NCBI GenBank assembly: GCA_051117555.1
Contig: JBNPEG010000020.1
Location: 1 to 18,350, forward strand
Reading direction: 5' to 3'
Source of the DNA: Elainellaceae cyanobacterium
Lineage (GTDB): Bacteria > Cyanobacteriota > Cyanobacteriia > CAZCXK01
DNA length: 18,350 nt
Positions 9,410 to 18,018 of this stretch are shown piece after piece. Position 1 is the first letter of the stretch, and each line of letters starts with the position of its first letter. The position numbers were made by a program, and so were the translations under genes. Under the pieces are notes generated by a model. That model had not been told where the DNA came from. It made no database searches and saw only the letters and a list, made by a program, of their open reading frames with translations.

Positions 9410-11614
9410 ATGACGTATGAACTGATTGGTGAGCTCGTCGGGTCAGCCATTCTACTTTCAACGTTCATTGCGTATATTCGACTTCGCAGACATACCCATC
9501 GCCAGCTTAAAGAGCAGCTTGAAAAACAGCAGCAGTTGGAGCTTGAGCGAAATGGGTTGGCCGAAACGTTAGAACAAGCCAAAGACGAAAACCAGCAGCT
9601 TTTGACCCACAAAACCTCGCTTGAGACTCATCTTGAGCAGGTCAAACAGTCTGCCTCGGTGTTAGAACAAACTAAACACCAACTCGAAAATGACCTACGA
9701 AATGCCAAAGTCAGTCAGTCATCTCTGGAAGACCACGTACATCACCTGACCCACGAAAAACAGCAGGTTGATGAGTCATTACGTCAGGGTGAACAGCATA
9801 TCGAGTCGCTTCAGCATCAGATTGATGGGCTTTCGCAACACATCGACCAGATCGAAGGCCAATTGAAGGATGAGCGCATCGCGGGGCTATCGCTAGAGCA
9901 GCAGGTCGAGCAGATCACTCATCGAAACAACCAGCTAGAGCGAGATCTCAACCAACAGACAAATCTCGTCGAATCGCTACACCACCAGCTTGATGAGTTA
10001 GAGCAACGGAAAATCAAGTTAGAAGCCGATCTGAGCTATGAGTGTGAAAATAGCGATGGGCTCCATCAGCAGCTTCATGCGGTGACTCACGAGAAAGAAA
10101 CGGTTCAAGAGGCACTCCAGCAGGAACGCGATCGCCTCCATGACCTCCAGCACGAATTAGAAGATGCTTCAGAGCAAAAGTCTCAGCTTGAACGTGAGCT
10201 GAATCAGGAGCGCGATCGCCTGAGTTTACTCCAGCACGACTACGACACCCTCAGCGATCAGAAAGCAGCCCTTGAAGAAAGCGCCCGCGTCGAACAGGAA
10301 AAAGTACGGCGACTGCGGCGACGCCTCGACTCGCTCAGCCGAGAGTTACGCAAAGAGCAGCGGCAGACTCGTAAGCTCCAGCAGCATGTCAATCTGCTGA
10401 CGACGCAGAAAGCCCAGATTGATGACGAGTTGCAGCAGGAGAAAACTCGTGCCGCGTCTCTCCACGATCAGCTCAACCAGCTTGAGTTTCAGCGCGAACA
10501 GCTCCAGGAAACCTTGCAGCTCGAAAAGGTACAGACGGCGTCGTTGCGCCAGCAGCTTAGCGATTTTGAATCACAAAAGCAGCAAGTAGACGATGAGTTG
10601 CAGCAGGAGCGGGAGCATATCCTGGTTTTAGAATTTCAACTCCAAGAGCTAAGTCAGCTTCGAGAGCATATGGAGCGATCGCTCAGCGACGAAGAACTCG
10701 AAATTTCATCCTTGCTTCAGCAAATTCACCAACTCGCTCAGCAAAAGGATCAGGTCGATGAGCAACTTCGATACGAAAAGGCAGAACTCTCTTTCTTTCA
10801 GCAAAAGTTCTACGAATTCTCTCAGCAGCGTGACTTGATTCGCAATGACATTCAGCAACAGAGGGAAAGTATTCAAGGGTTTCAGATTCAATTTAGCAAC
10901 CTGACGCAGCAAAAAGATCGGCTCGAATGGGAGCTTGACCAAGAAAAAGCCGACAATATGCGATTGCAGCAGCAACTAGAGGAGCTAACCTGGCAAAAGC
11001 AGCAGCTTGAAAACGACCTGCAGCAAGAACGAGAACAGTTGACCCGGCTCGAACAGCGCATTAGTGTTTTATCTGAGCATATCGCGCAAGTAGAACAGGA
11101 TATCAACCACGAGAAAAAGGCGATCGCCTCCGCCTACTATCACATCGATGAACTCAAGCAGAAGCAGCAGCATATCGAAGGTGAGCTAGACACGGAGCAG
11201 GCTGACGTATCCTCGCTAGAAAACCACTTCAATGAGTTGGTGCAAGAGCGTCAGCTTGAAAAATTGCAAGAAGAGTTGATGCAAGAAAAGGAAGGAGTCC
11301 TCTTTCTTCAACAAAAAATCGATGAGCTGAATCGCGAAAAAGACTGGGTAACTCAAGAGCTTCAGCGCACCCATCACAAACCTTTAGCGAACAAAACGTT
11401 TGTAATTGCAGGCAGTCTCGCAACCATGAACAAGGATGAAGCAACTGCCCTGATTTTGGAGTCGGGCGGGCGTGTGAGCAGTTCCTTGACCGACAAAGTT
11501 GACTACTTGCTGGTTGGGCGATCGCCCGGCACTAAGGCCAAACACGCTCAGGAATTGAGTATTCCGCAACTATCCGAAGCAGAGTTTCTCAAAATGCTCA
11601 CCAAAGTTAGTTAA
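9410..11614 (+). CDS. Membrane-anchored long coiled-coil protein with a C-terminal BRCT domain
   Basis: N-terminal hydrophobic helix LIGELVGSAILLSTFIAYI followed by RLRRH; about 620 aa of Q/E/L heptads; C-terminal KTFVIAGSL...GGRVSSSLTDKVDYLLVGRSPGTK...LSEAEFLKML resembles LigA/RFC-type BRCT. AGGA lies 8 nt before ATG 9410. Confidence 0.88.
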   Translation: MTYELIGELVGSAILLSTFIAYIRLRRHTHRQLKEQLEKQQQLELERNGLAETLEQAKDENQQLLTHKTSLETHLEQVKQSASVLEQTKHQLENDLRNAKVSQSSLEDHVHHLTHEKQQVDESLRQGEQHIESLQHQIDGLSQHIDQIEGQLKDERIAGLSLEQQVEQITHRNNQLERDLNQQTNLVESLHHQLDELEQRKIKLEADLSYECENSDGLHQQLHAVTHEKETVQEALQQERDRLHDLQHELEDASEQKSQLERELNQERDRLSLLQHDYDTLSDQKAALEESARVEQEKVRRLRRRLDSLSRELRKEQRQTRKLQQHVNLLTTQKAQIDDELQQEKTRAASLHDQLNQLEFQREQLQETLQLEKVQTASLRQQLSDFESQKQQVDDELQQEREHILVLEFQLQELSQLREHMERSLSDEELEISSLLQQIHQLAQQKDQVDEQLRYEKAELSFFQQKFYEFSQQRDLIRNDIQQQRESIQGFQIQFSNLTQQKDRLEWELDQEKADNMRLQQQLEELTWQKQQLENDLQQEREQLTRLEQRISVLSEHIAQVEQDINHEKKAIASAYYHIDELKQKQQHIEGELDTEQADVSSLENHFNELVQERQLEKLQEELMQEKEGVLFLQQKIDELNREKDWVTQELQRTHHKPLANKTFVIAGSLATMNKDEATALILESGGRVSSSLTDKVDYLLVGRSPGTKAKHAQELSIPQLSEAEFLKMLTKVS

Positions 11615-11657
11615 AGGCACGTTCCGTCCTTAGATCCTAGATCTCGATCCTAGAGAC

Positions 11658-11688
11658 GTAGGGTGCTGTTGCGTCCGCGTAACGCACC
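11658..11688 (+). repeat. GTAG-tagged REP-like palindrome between convergent genes
   Basis: GTAG followed by GGTGC-t-GTTGCG-tccg-CGTAAC-GCACC (imperfect 11-bp stem). Confidence 0.6.
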
Positions 11689-11735
11689 ACCATGAGGTTA
11701 TTTTTTAACAAGCCCTTAATTCCCAGCTCTCTTTC

Positions 11736-13208
11736 CTAGTCCCAGATTTCTGGCGTAAAGCACCCATGTAATCCGTAGGGGATATGATGGTTTAAATGCA
11801 AGCGGGCGATCGCCCCTTGGCCGAGAGATTTTCCATCGAGAATCACCACATCGCTGCGGTCGTGGCTAGCATCATACACCAGCACCAACACCCACCCATC
11901 ATCTTCCTGCTCACTCCCCGGACGCGGCACAAACACGGGTTCTCCGACAAATCCATGGGGGGCAGCACTCCAAAAATCTTGTTCCCCCGTGTCTGGATTA
12001 ATCTTGAGAATTGCCTGATTGGGCGCATTTCCGTGGGGTTGATGTGCTGCTCCGAGGTAAATCCATTGATGCCGTTGCGCGATGCGATCGGGATGCACAT
12101 ACGGAAAATCACACGAGCGCTCTTCTAGTTGCTGCCGCTGGGTGTTTCCTGTTTTGAGATTGAATCGATATCGCCAAAGCTGACCAGAGGGGACTTTATC
12201 GAAGTCAACCTCGTGAAAGCTGAGTTTGTGATCCAGGGACGGAAAATCTTGATACGACACCGAATCTACTACGATTTCATCGCCATCTTCAAACGCATTC
12301 GCATGGTGAAACACAAATCCAGATTGCGTTTCTAACGTGCGAACCTCATAGGGGGCATGACGAGAGATGACCCACACTTTCGTTAAATCATCGTTGCGAA
12401 AATTGATGCATTCTGCCGGACCTCGCAAGCCAAAGACATACGGAAGAGGATTAAAGGAAAGTGGATTTTGAAAGAATAGACAGTAATTAGGGGTAATGGC
12501 AAAGTCATGAATGAACGCAAACCCAGGTAAATAATGATGATGCTGGACTACTACATCTGCCGCAGAATTGAGTTCATAAATATTGAGCTTCGTTGATAAG
12601 CCTGCTTCCAAGCCAAAGCTGACATAGCGCGGCTCATGATTCTCATCTCCCTTGTCAATCATGGGGTGCGCAGCAAACGGACTCCCTTCCTGCAAGACAT
12701 CTCCCAGGGTTTCGATGCCTACTGTTTCCAATGTCTTTGGATCGATGCGATGCGGATGAGACGCTTCCCAGAGCGCCATTAGTTTGCCGCCCCAGTAGAT
12801 AATTTGAGTATTGGCGACGTTTTTCAACCGAAAGTCGAATGCGTTGGCAAACCATCCGCCCGGTTTCTCGGTCCCAAACACGCCTCGATAGCAAATACGA
12901 CCGTGCTCTCGTTCTTCACAAAAGCCCTTCGTGCGGACGTAGCGATTCTGGAACCGGGCAGTTCCATTGGAGAATGTAATTTTACAAATCATGCCATCCG
13001 CATCAAAAGGATGGTGGACTTCCTGCCCGTTGATATCCAGCATCGCCGGAACATTGCGAAACAACGTGCCTTCCAATTCAGGAGGAATGTCTCCGTCAAT
13101 ATCTGTAATGGGATAGTCATATTCCTGCTTGAGGGCTTGGTTGCCCCCTTCCCAGTCCTCTAAACGGTACGGCTTTTGATGTATGGATGTGTCTGAAGTC
13201 GTCTGCAT
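11736..13208 (-). CDS. Carotenoid cleavage oxygenase (RPE65/CCD family; apocarotenoid-15,15'-oxygenase-like)
   Basis: GDIPPELEGTLFRN, HPFDADGM, KNVANT; four Fe-ligand His motifs AAHP, FIHDF, FVFHHAN, GLHG; GEPVFVPRPG...EDDGW. Confidence 0.93.
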   Translation of the reverse strand: MQTTSDTSIHQKPYRLEDWEGGNQALKQEYDYPITDIDGDIPPELEGTLFRNVPAMLDINGQEVHHPFDADGMICKITFSNGTARFQNRYVRTKGFCEEREHGRICYRGVFGTEKPGGWFANAFDFRLKNVANTQIIYWGGKLMALWEASHPHRIDPKTLETVGIETLGDVLQEGSPFAAHPMIDKGDENHEPRYVSFGLEAGLSTKLNIYELNSAADVVVQHHHYLPGFAFIHDFAITPNYCLFFQNPLSFNPLPYVFGLRGPAECINFRNDDLTKVWVISRHAPYEVRTLETQSGFVFHHANAFEDGDEIVVDSVSYQDFPSLDHKLSFHEVDFDKVPSGQLWRYRFNLKTGNTQRQQLEERSCDFPYVHPDRIAQRHQWIYLGAAHQPHGNAPNQAILKINPDTGEQDFWSAAPHGFVGEPVFVPRPGSEQEDDGWVLVLVYDASHDRSDVVILDGKSLGQGAIARLHLNHHIPYGLHGCFTPEIWD

Positions 13209-13336
13209 ACGTCACACGGCAAAACGGCAAGCATGGATTGTCTTACCTCTCAGACGTTAAGCCAAAGCATTCCGATAGAAATCTGTCTTTAGTGCCATAA
13301 ATCGTGTGAATCTTAAACCGACGAATCTATAACCGA

Positions 13337-14830
13337 TTACGTTTGCATCTCAATCGTTCCCATCATGCCCAAGTCCTCGTGGTCAAGAATGTGGCAATGA
13401 TAAACCGTCTTTCCTGCAAAATCATTGAACGACACTCGGATACGCGCAGATTCACCGGCTGGCACTAGGATTGTATCTTTCCAGGCGGGATACGGTTCTG
13501 GCTGCCCGTTTCTGCTGACTACTTGAAACCGATTCGTATGCAAATGAAAGGGATGATCCATTACGCCTGTATTGAGAATGTCCCACTCCTCAATAGCTCC
13601 TAGATTGACTTGAGTGTCAATTCGGTCGCTATCAAACGGCCTACCATTGATGAGAAACACCATTCCTCGACCGGGAGCCATTCCGTGATTCAGGGTAAAT
13701 GACCGGATCTCTTGCGGCTCAGAAAGCGCATTAACGGGAATCAAGCGCTGAGGCAGAGGAAGCGGGTCTACGTGTCCTGAGTAGGATAAGGTGGCAAGCG
13801 GTTGAGTAGACGCATCGCCATATCCATCCATCATGCTGGGGCCCATTTGTCTAGGTCGTCGTCTACTACCATCCATCATGGGACCTCCCATCATCGGGCC
13901 TCCCATCATTCCCATACGGCCTCGATCGTACGGGAGGTTGAGCAATCGATAGTGCCCAGAGTCATGTTCTCCTCGGACAAGGACTTCCGCTCGTTCGCCA
14001 GGAGCCAGCAGTAATTCTTGAAGCTCGACAGGTTGGGCGATCGCCCCTGCATCCGTTGCGACCAGATAGAGCCGATGATCTTCGAGAGATAGACGATAGA
14101 ACCGAGCATTTGAGGCATTTACGAGGCGCAAACGCAGTAAGCCTCCTGACGAAATCGAGAAGGAAGGATTCACCTGACCATTGATAGTAATGACGTTTCC
14201 TTCTCGCCCGATCATGCGCCCCATTCGAGGCTGGTTAGAATCGGCGATCGCCACATCTTTGAGAAACAAAAACGCCTCATCGGCTGCTTGAAGTTCTGGA
14301 ATATCATCCAGGTCTCCCCGCACCACAAAAATCCCGCCGAGTCCTCCAAACACTTGATCGGCAACATATCCATGCAAATGGGGATGGTAGTAAAAGACGC
14401 CCGCCGGATGATCGTCTGGAATCGTGAATTCGTAGGTCAATGTCTCGTTAGGAGACACTTCGAGAAACACATTATCGGCATGTCCTGTGGGAGGAACATG
14501 TAAGCCGTGGTAGTGAATATTAGTGGGATCGGGCAGAGCATTAGTGAAACGAATGTTCACCCGATCGCCCGGACGAGCCTCCAATCGTGGCCCTGGAATT
14601 TGCCCGTTGTAGCTCATCAAATTAGCCGTTTGCTCCCCAATGGTGACCGTTCCCAAACGAGCCTCCAATTCGGCCTCAAGCAGACCGTCAGTGCTCGTCC
14701 ACTGTGCGATATCGGTTGACGAACGGGGCGATCGCCCCTGAGATGGATAGCTTACGCATCGAGTCAGCACTGTAGCTCCCAAGCTGCCAGCACTAAGAGT
14801 CAAAAATTGTCTGCGAGTTAAGTGTCGCAT
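13337..14830 (-). CDS. Tat-exported multicopper oxidase (CueO/laccase-like, 497 aa)
   Basis: Twin-arginine signal MRHLTRRQFL; copper motifs HYHG, YYHPH, HPFHLH, HCHILDHEDLGMM; Met-rich insert. True start is ATG 14830, 10 nt after the upstream gene's stop. Confidence 0.95.
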   Translation of the reverse strand: MRHLTRRQFLTLSAGSLGATVLTRCVSYPSQGRSPRSSTDIAQWTSTDGLLEAELEARLGTVTIGEQTANLMSYNGQIPGPRLEARPGDRVNIRFTNALPDPTNIHYHGLHVPPTGHADNVFLEVSPNETLTYEFTIPDDHPAGVFYYHPHLHGYVADQVFGGLGGIFVVRGDLDDIPELQAADEAFLFLKDVAIADSNQPRMGRMIGREGNVITINGQVNPSFSISSGGLLRLRLVNASNARFYRLSLEDHRLYLVATDAGAIAQPVELQELLLAPGERAEVLVRGEHDSGHYRLLNLPYDRGRMGMMGGPMMGGPMMDGSRRRPRQMGPSMMDGYGDASTQPLATLSYSGHVDPLPLPQRLIPVNALSEPQEIRSFTLNHGMAPGRGMVFLINGRPFDSDRIDTQVNLGAIEEWDILNTGVMDHPFHLHTNRFQVVSRNGQPEPYPAWKDTILVPAGESARIRVSFNDFAGKTVYHCHILDHEDLGMMGTIEMQT

Positions 14831-14840
14831 CGCATTTAAC

Positions 14841-15392
14841 CTATGACGAATAATCTTGAAATACCTCAAATGCGCCGTCTGATTTGAACGAAAACACAGA
14901 AAACGGCTCCTGGATGTCTCCAGCTTCCATACCTGGAGTCCCGAGCGGCATTCCAGGAACTGCAATTCCTGCGATATTTGGCTGCTCAATAAGCAAACGC
15001 TGCACATCTGCTACGGGCACGTGCCCTTCAATCACATATCCGTTGACGACCGACGTATGACAGGATGCCAACTGTTCGGGCACCCCCTGGTTACGCTTGA
15101 TTGAGTCTAAATCGTCAGTAAGCTGGTCATCGACCCGAAAACCTTGGGCTTCCATGTGGTCTATCCACCCACCACAACAGCCACAGCTTGGACTGCGATA
15201 CACGGTGATGGTCGAAGTTTTAGCGATTGAGACGATCGAAGCAGCCGTCTCCTGTTCGGTGGGCATGGAGTGCGACGTCGATGAATGCCCAAATCCATGT
15301 TTAGCGGTATAGAGGGCGATCGCCCCAGTGCTGGCAATGATTCCGACGACGACAACCATTCCCCATTTTTTCTGACTAAACAGCCTTCGCAT
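14841..15392 (-). CDS. DUF411 family (CopG-like) exported metal-binding protein
   Basis: N-terminal signal/TM segment; VYRSPSCGCCGGWIDHM, SCHT, GYVIEGHVP, IAVPGMPLGTPGME. Confidence 0.92.
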   Translation of the reverse strand: MRRLFSQKKWGMVVVVGIIASTGAIALYTAKHGFGHSSTSHSMPTEQETAASIVSIAKTSTITVYRSPSCGCCGGWIDHMEAQGFRVDDQLTDDLDSIKRNQGVPEQLASCHTSVVNGYVIEGHVPVADVQRLLIEQPNIAGIAVPGMPLGTPGMEAGDIQEPFSVFSFKSDGAFEVFQDYSS

Positions 15393-15475
15393 ATCACTCC
15401 TGGCAATCTAAAGAAACCTTGCAAAAATACGCATCCATCAGAGTGGGACGTTGAAATGATCCAGATCCACATATC

Positions 15476-15507
15476 AGCTTAAACTCTCCAGTCAAGAGGA
15501 ATGTCAA
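15476..15507 (-). promoter_or_regulatory. MerR-family-type promoter/operator for the DUF411-MCO operon
   Basis: Minus strand TTGACA-N20-TAAGCT; imperfect 22-bp dyad ACATTCCTCTTGACTGGAGAGT overlaps the -35 and spacer. Confidence 0.75.
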
Positions 15508-15621
15508 CAGCGCATCTAATTTATTCGGGAAACCATCTCAGCGACTCATTTCTTGAAGAAATGCTCCAGACACTGATGCATAACCGTAGAAATTTCGTTG
15601 GAGTGTTGTGGAAGGGCTTGC

Positions 15622-15716
15622 TATAGCAACCGCCATAGTTCTTGGTGCGGTTGCACGCCAGCTTCCCCAGCTTTGGTTTCAGGCAGGAGTCATGTCCTAA
15701 GCTGGCTAACGCTATA
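15622..15716. mobile_element. Possible MITE/IS-end remnant (95 bp)
   Basis: Imperfect terminal inverted repeats TATAGCAACCGCCA / TATAGCGTTAGCCA (reverse complement; 10 of 14 match), TA at both ends, internal 8-bp hairpin GCAACCGC/GCGGTTGC. Confidence 0.4.
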
Positions 15717-16080
15717 ATTCGGGCATTTGTTAATTTTAAATTCGCAAACTCGACAGACGCGATCGCCCGTCATGCAAGGGAAAGGATTAGGACTAACTCA
15801 ACGAAACCTGTTAAGCAGATGGGGGAGTGAGCAAGAGATACTCACTTGCAGAACCGGCTGAAGATGCAGTCAGGTCGCTCAATCAGATTGGTGAGGTTTG
15901 TCAAGTGCCGTTTCGATTGAACCTGAATGGGTTTATGGTGACTGAAGAATGAGATAGCAAATAAATTGCTTAACACAGATGGGCGATCGCGGCTCTGATT
16001 TACTAGAGAAATATTTTGTTGAGACGACGCAATAGAGCGCATGACGCATATTGGTCGCATATTGGTAAGGAGTGCAACGA

Positions 16081-17619
16081 GTGGTCACAGGTGAGTTGAA
16101 GTCGAAGGTTGACAAGCTCTGGGAGACGTTTTGGAGCAACGGCATTAGCAATCCCATTTCAGTAATTGAGCAGATCTCCTATCTGCTGTTTATTAAGCGG
16201 CTGGATGATTTGCAGCTCGCTAAGGAGAAGAAGGCCAAGCGCCTGGGGCGAGACGTTGAAGAGCCGATCTTTCCAACTAATCGGCAGCTTTCGCGCTGGT
16301 CGAACTTCAAAAACCTAGATGACCCCGAAGAAAAGTTGCGGATTGTCCGCGATGAGGCGTTTCCCTTTATCAAGACGATGGGGGGCACGGCAGAGGGCAG
16401 CACCTATGCCCAGCACATGAAGGATGCGGTGTTTCTGATTGCGAGTCCGGCGCTGTTGGCCTCTGTGGTTGAGCAGATTGACAAGATTCTCACCTTGCTG
16501 GAGAAGCAGGCCGCTAGCTCGCAGGATCAGTCCTATATAGATTTGATGGGCGACCTGTATGAATATATGCTGTCGAAGCTGAGTACTGCTGGACAGAACA
16601 GACAGTTTCGCACGCCACGTCACATTATCAAGATGATGGTGGAGCTGATGAATCCAGGGCCACAGGAAATTGTCTGTGATCCGGCCTGTGGCACGGGGGG
16701 CTTTTTGGTAGCGGTGGCTGAATATCTGCGAGGTCTGGAAGACAGCGACGGCAACAAAGTCTTGAACGCGCAGGAAAACCGAGAGCACTTCAACAATAAG
16801 ATGTTTCACGGGTTTGACTTCGATGCCACGATGCTGCGGATTGGCAGCATGAACATGATGCTGCACGGCATTGAGCAGCCCAAGATTGAAGCGAGAGATT
16901 CGCTGTCAGAAGACCATGCTGGGGTGGAGGAAGCCTTCACAATGGTGCTGGCTAATCCACCGTTTAAGGGATCGGTGGAGCAGTCCACCATTGCCAAAGA
17001 CCTGACCAAGATTGTCTCTACTACAAAGACCGAGCTGCTTTTTGGAGCGCTGTTTTTGCGGCTGCTGAAGAAGGGCGGGCGGGGTGCCGTGATTGTGCCG
17101 GACGGGGTGCTGTTTGGCTCATCGAAGGCCCATAAGGCGCTGCGGCAGGAGCTGGTGGAAAACCAAAAGCTGGATGGGGTGATTGCGATGCCCTCTGGGG
17201 TGTTTAAACCCTATGCCGGGGTGTCTACCGCGATTCTGCTCTTTACCAAGACGGGCGCTGGGGGTACGGACTCGGTTTGGTTTTACGATATGGAAGCGGA
17301 TGGGCTGTCGCTGGATGATAAGCGGCAACCCGTCGAAGAAAATGACATCCCCGACATTCTCAAGCGGTGGAAAGAGCGCGATTCAGAGAAGGAGAGCGTT
17401 GGCTTGCCTGAGCGCAGCTCGTATCGCACGACCAAATCCTTTTTCGTACCGAAAGACGAAATCAAAGCCAATGCCTATGACCTCTCGATCAACCGCTATA
17501 AGGAGATTGAGTATGAGGAGGTGGAGTATGAACCTCCTAAAGTGATTCTCAAAAAGCTCCGCGCTCTGGAGGATGAAATTCGCAGCGATTTGGATGAGCT
17601 GGAGGCATTGCTGGGATGA
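16081..17619 (+). CDS. hsdM: Type I restriction-modification methyltransferase subunit M
   Basis: N-terminal TGELKSKVDKLW...IEQISYLLFIKRLD; QFRTPRHII; motif I DPACGTGGFL; motif IV ANPPF; IVPDGVLFGSS; YDLSINRY. TAAGGAG lies 8 nt before GTG 16081. Confidence 0.96.
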   Translation: MVTGELKSKVDKLWETFWSNGISNPISVIEQISYLLFIKRLDDLQLAKEKKAKRLGRDVEEPIFPTNRQLSRWSNFKNLDDPEEKLRIVRDEAFPFIKTMGGTAEGSTYAQHMKDAVFLIASPALLASVVEQIDKILTLLEKQAASSQDQSYIDLMGDLYEYMLSKLSTAGQNRQFRTPRHIIKMMVELMNPGPQEIVCDPACGTGGFLVAVAEYLRGLEDSDGNKVLNAQENREHFNNKMFHGFDFDATMLRIGSMNMMLHGIEQPKIEARDSLSEDHAGVEEAFTMVLANPPFKGSVEQSTIAKDLTKIVSTTKTELLFGALFLRLLKKGGRGAVIVPDGVLFGSSKAHKALRQELVENQKLDGVIAMPSGVFKPYAGVSTAILLFTKTGAGGTDSVWFYDMEADGLSLDDKRQPVEENDIPDILKRWKERDSEKESVGLPERSSYRTTKSFFVPKDEIKANAYDLSINRYKEIEYEEVEYEPPKVILKKLRALEDEIRSDLDELEALLG

Positions 17620-17687
17620 CCCACCCCTAGTCCCTTCCAGGAGGGGAATTGGAGGGATTTACACTTAGCCCCTTTTAGGAGGGGGAA
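17618..17687 (+). repeat. Two copies of a ~30-bp GC-rich repeat with an internal hairpin
   Basis: GACCCACCCCTAGTCCCTTCCAGGAGGGGAA (17618-17648) and degenerate ACACTTAGCCCCTTTTAGGAGGGGGAA (17661-17687). Confidence 0.8.
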
Positions 17688-17696
17688 TGAGGCGAA

Positions 17697-17930
17697 ATGA
17701 TGATCAATCAACTGACTCGAATTACGTTTAACTCTGAAGTGATGGGGGGAAAGCCCTGTATTCGTGGCCTGAGGGTGACGGTTGGAACGATTGTTGGGTT
17801 GATGGCCTCTGGACATACTCCAGACAAAATTTTGGAGGCGTATCCGTATCTGGAGCTGCCCGATATTTATGAGGCGCTGGCCTATGCTGCGTGGAGGGCT
17901 GAGGAGATTGAGGTGCCTCTGACCTCGTGA
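17697..17930 (+). CDS. DUF433 family protein (putative antitoxin)
   Basis: RITFNSEVMGGKPCIRGLRVTV...ILEAYPYLELPDIYEALAYAA is the DUF433 signature; the start may be 17700. Confidence 0.93.
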   Translation: MMINQLTRITFNSEVMGGKPCIRGLRVTVGTIVGLMASGHTPDKILEAYPYLELPDIYEALAYAAWRAEEIEVPLTS

Positions 17931-18018
17931 ATTGCAGCTTGAGGCGGGTGCGTTGATGACGATTGACCAAGCTCGTTTGAGGGTTCGTATGTTGCCAATA
18001 GGGGAGACCCACTCCTAG
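17929..18018 (+). pseudogene. C-terminal remnant of a DUF5615/PIN-like toxin
   Basis: Frame from 17929 reads ELQLEAGALMTIDQARLRVRMLPIGETHS*, resembling the C-terminus of DUF433-partnered PIN-like toxins; the N-terminal catalytic part is absent. Confidence 0.72.

Noticed and set aside
9410..11614. Annotation as SMC/SbcC or DNA ligase LigA
   Set aside because: No Walker A/B motifs, hinge or adenylation domain; only coiled coil and BRCT are present.
11701..11716. AGGGCTTGTTAAAAAA (minus strand) as a possible IS terminal repeat
   Set aside because: No convincing matching inverted end or transposase in the window.
14831..15007. 59-aa N-terminal extension of the multicopper oxidase in the ORF track
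   Set aside because: It overlaps the DUF411 gene, and the Tat signal places the start at ATG 14830.
15642..16157. Short ORFs upstream of hsdM
   Set aside because: No family resemblance; they overlap each other, the MITE-like element or hsdM.
16315..16866. 183-aa antisense ORF inside hsdM, and similar shadow ORFs in other genes
   Set aside because: These are antisense or off-frame shadows of well-supported genes, with no independent protein features.
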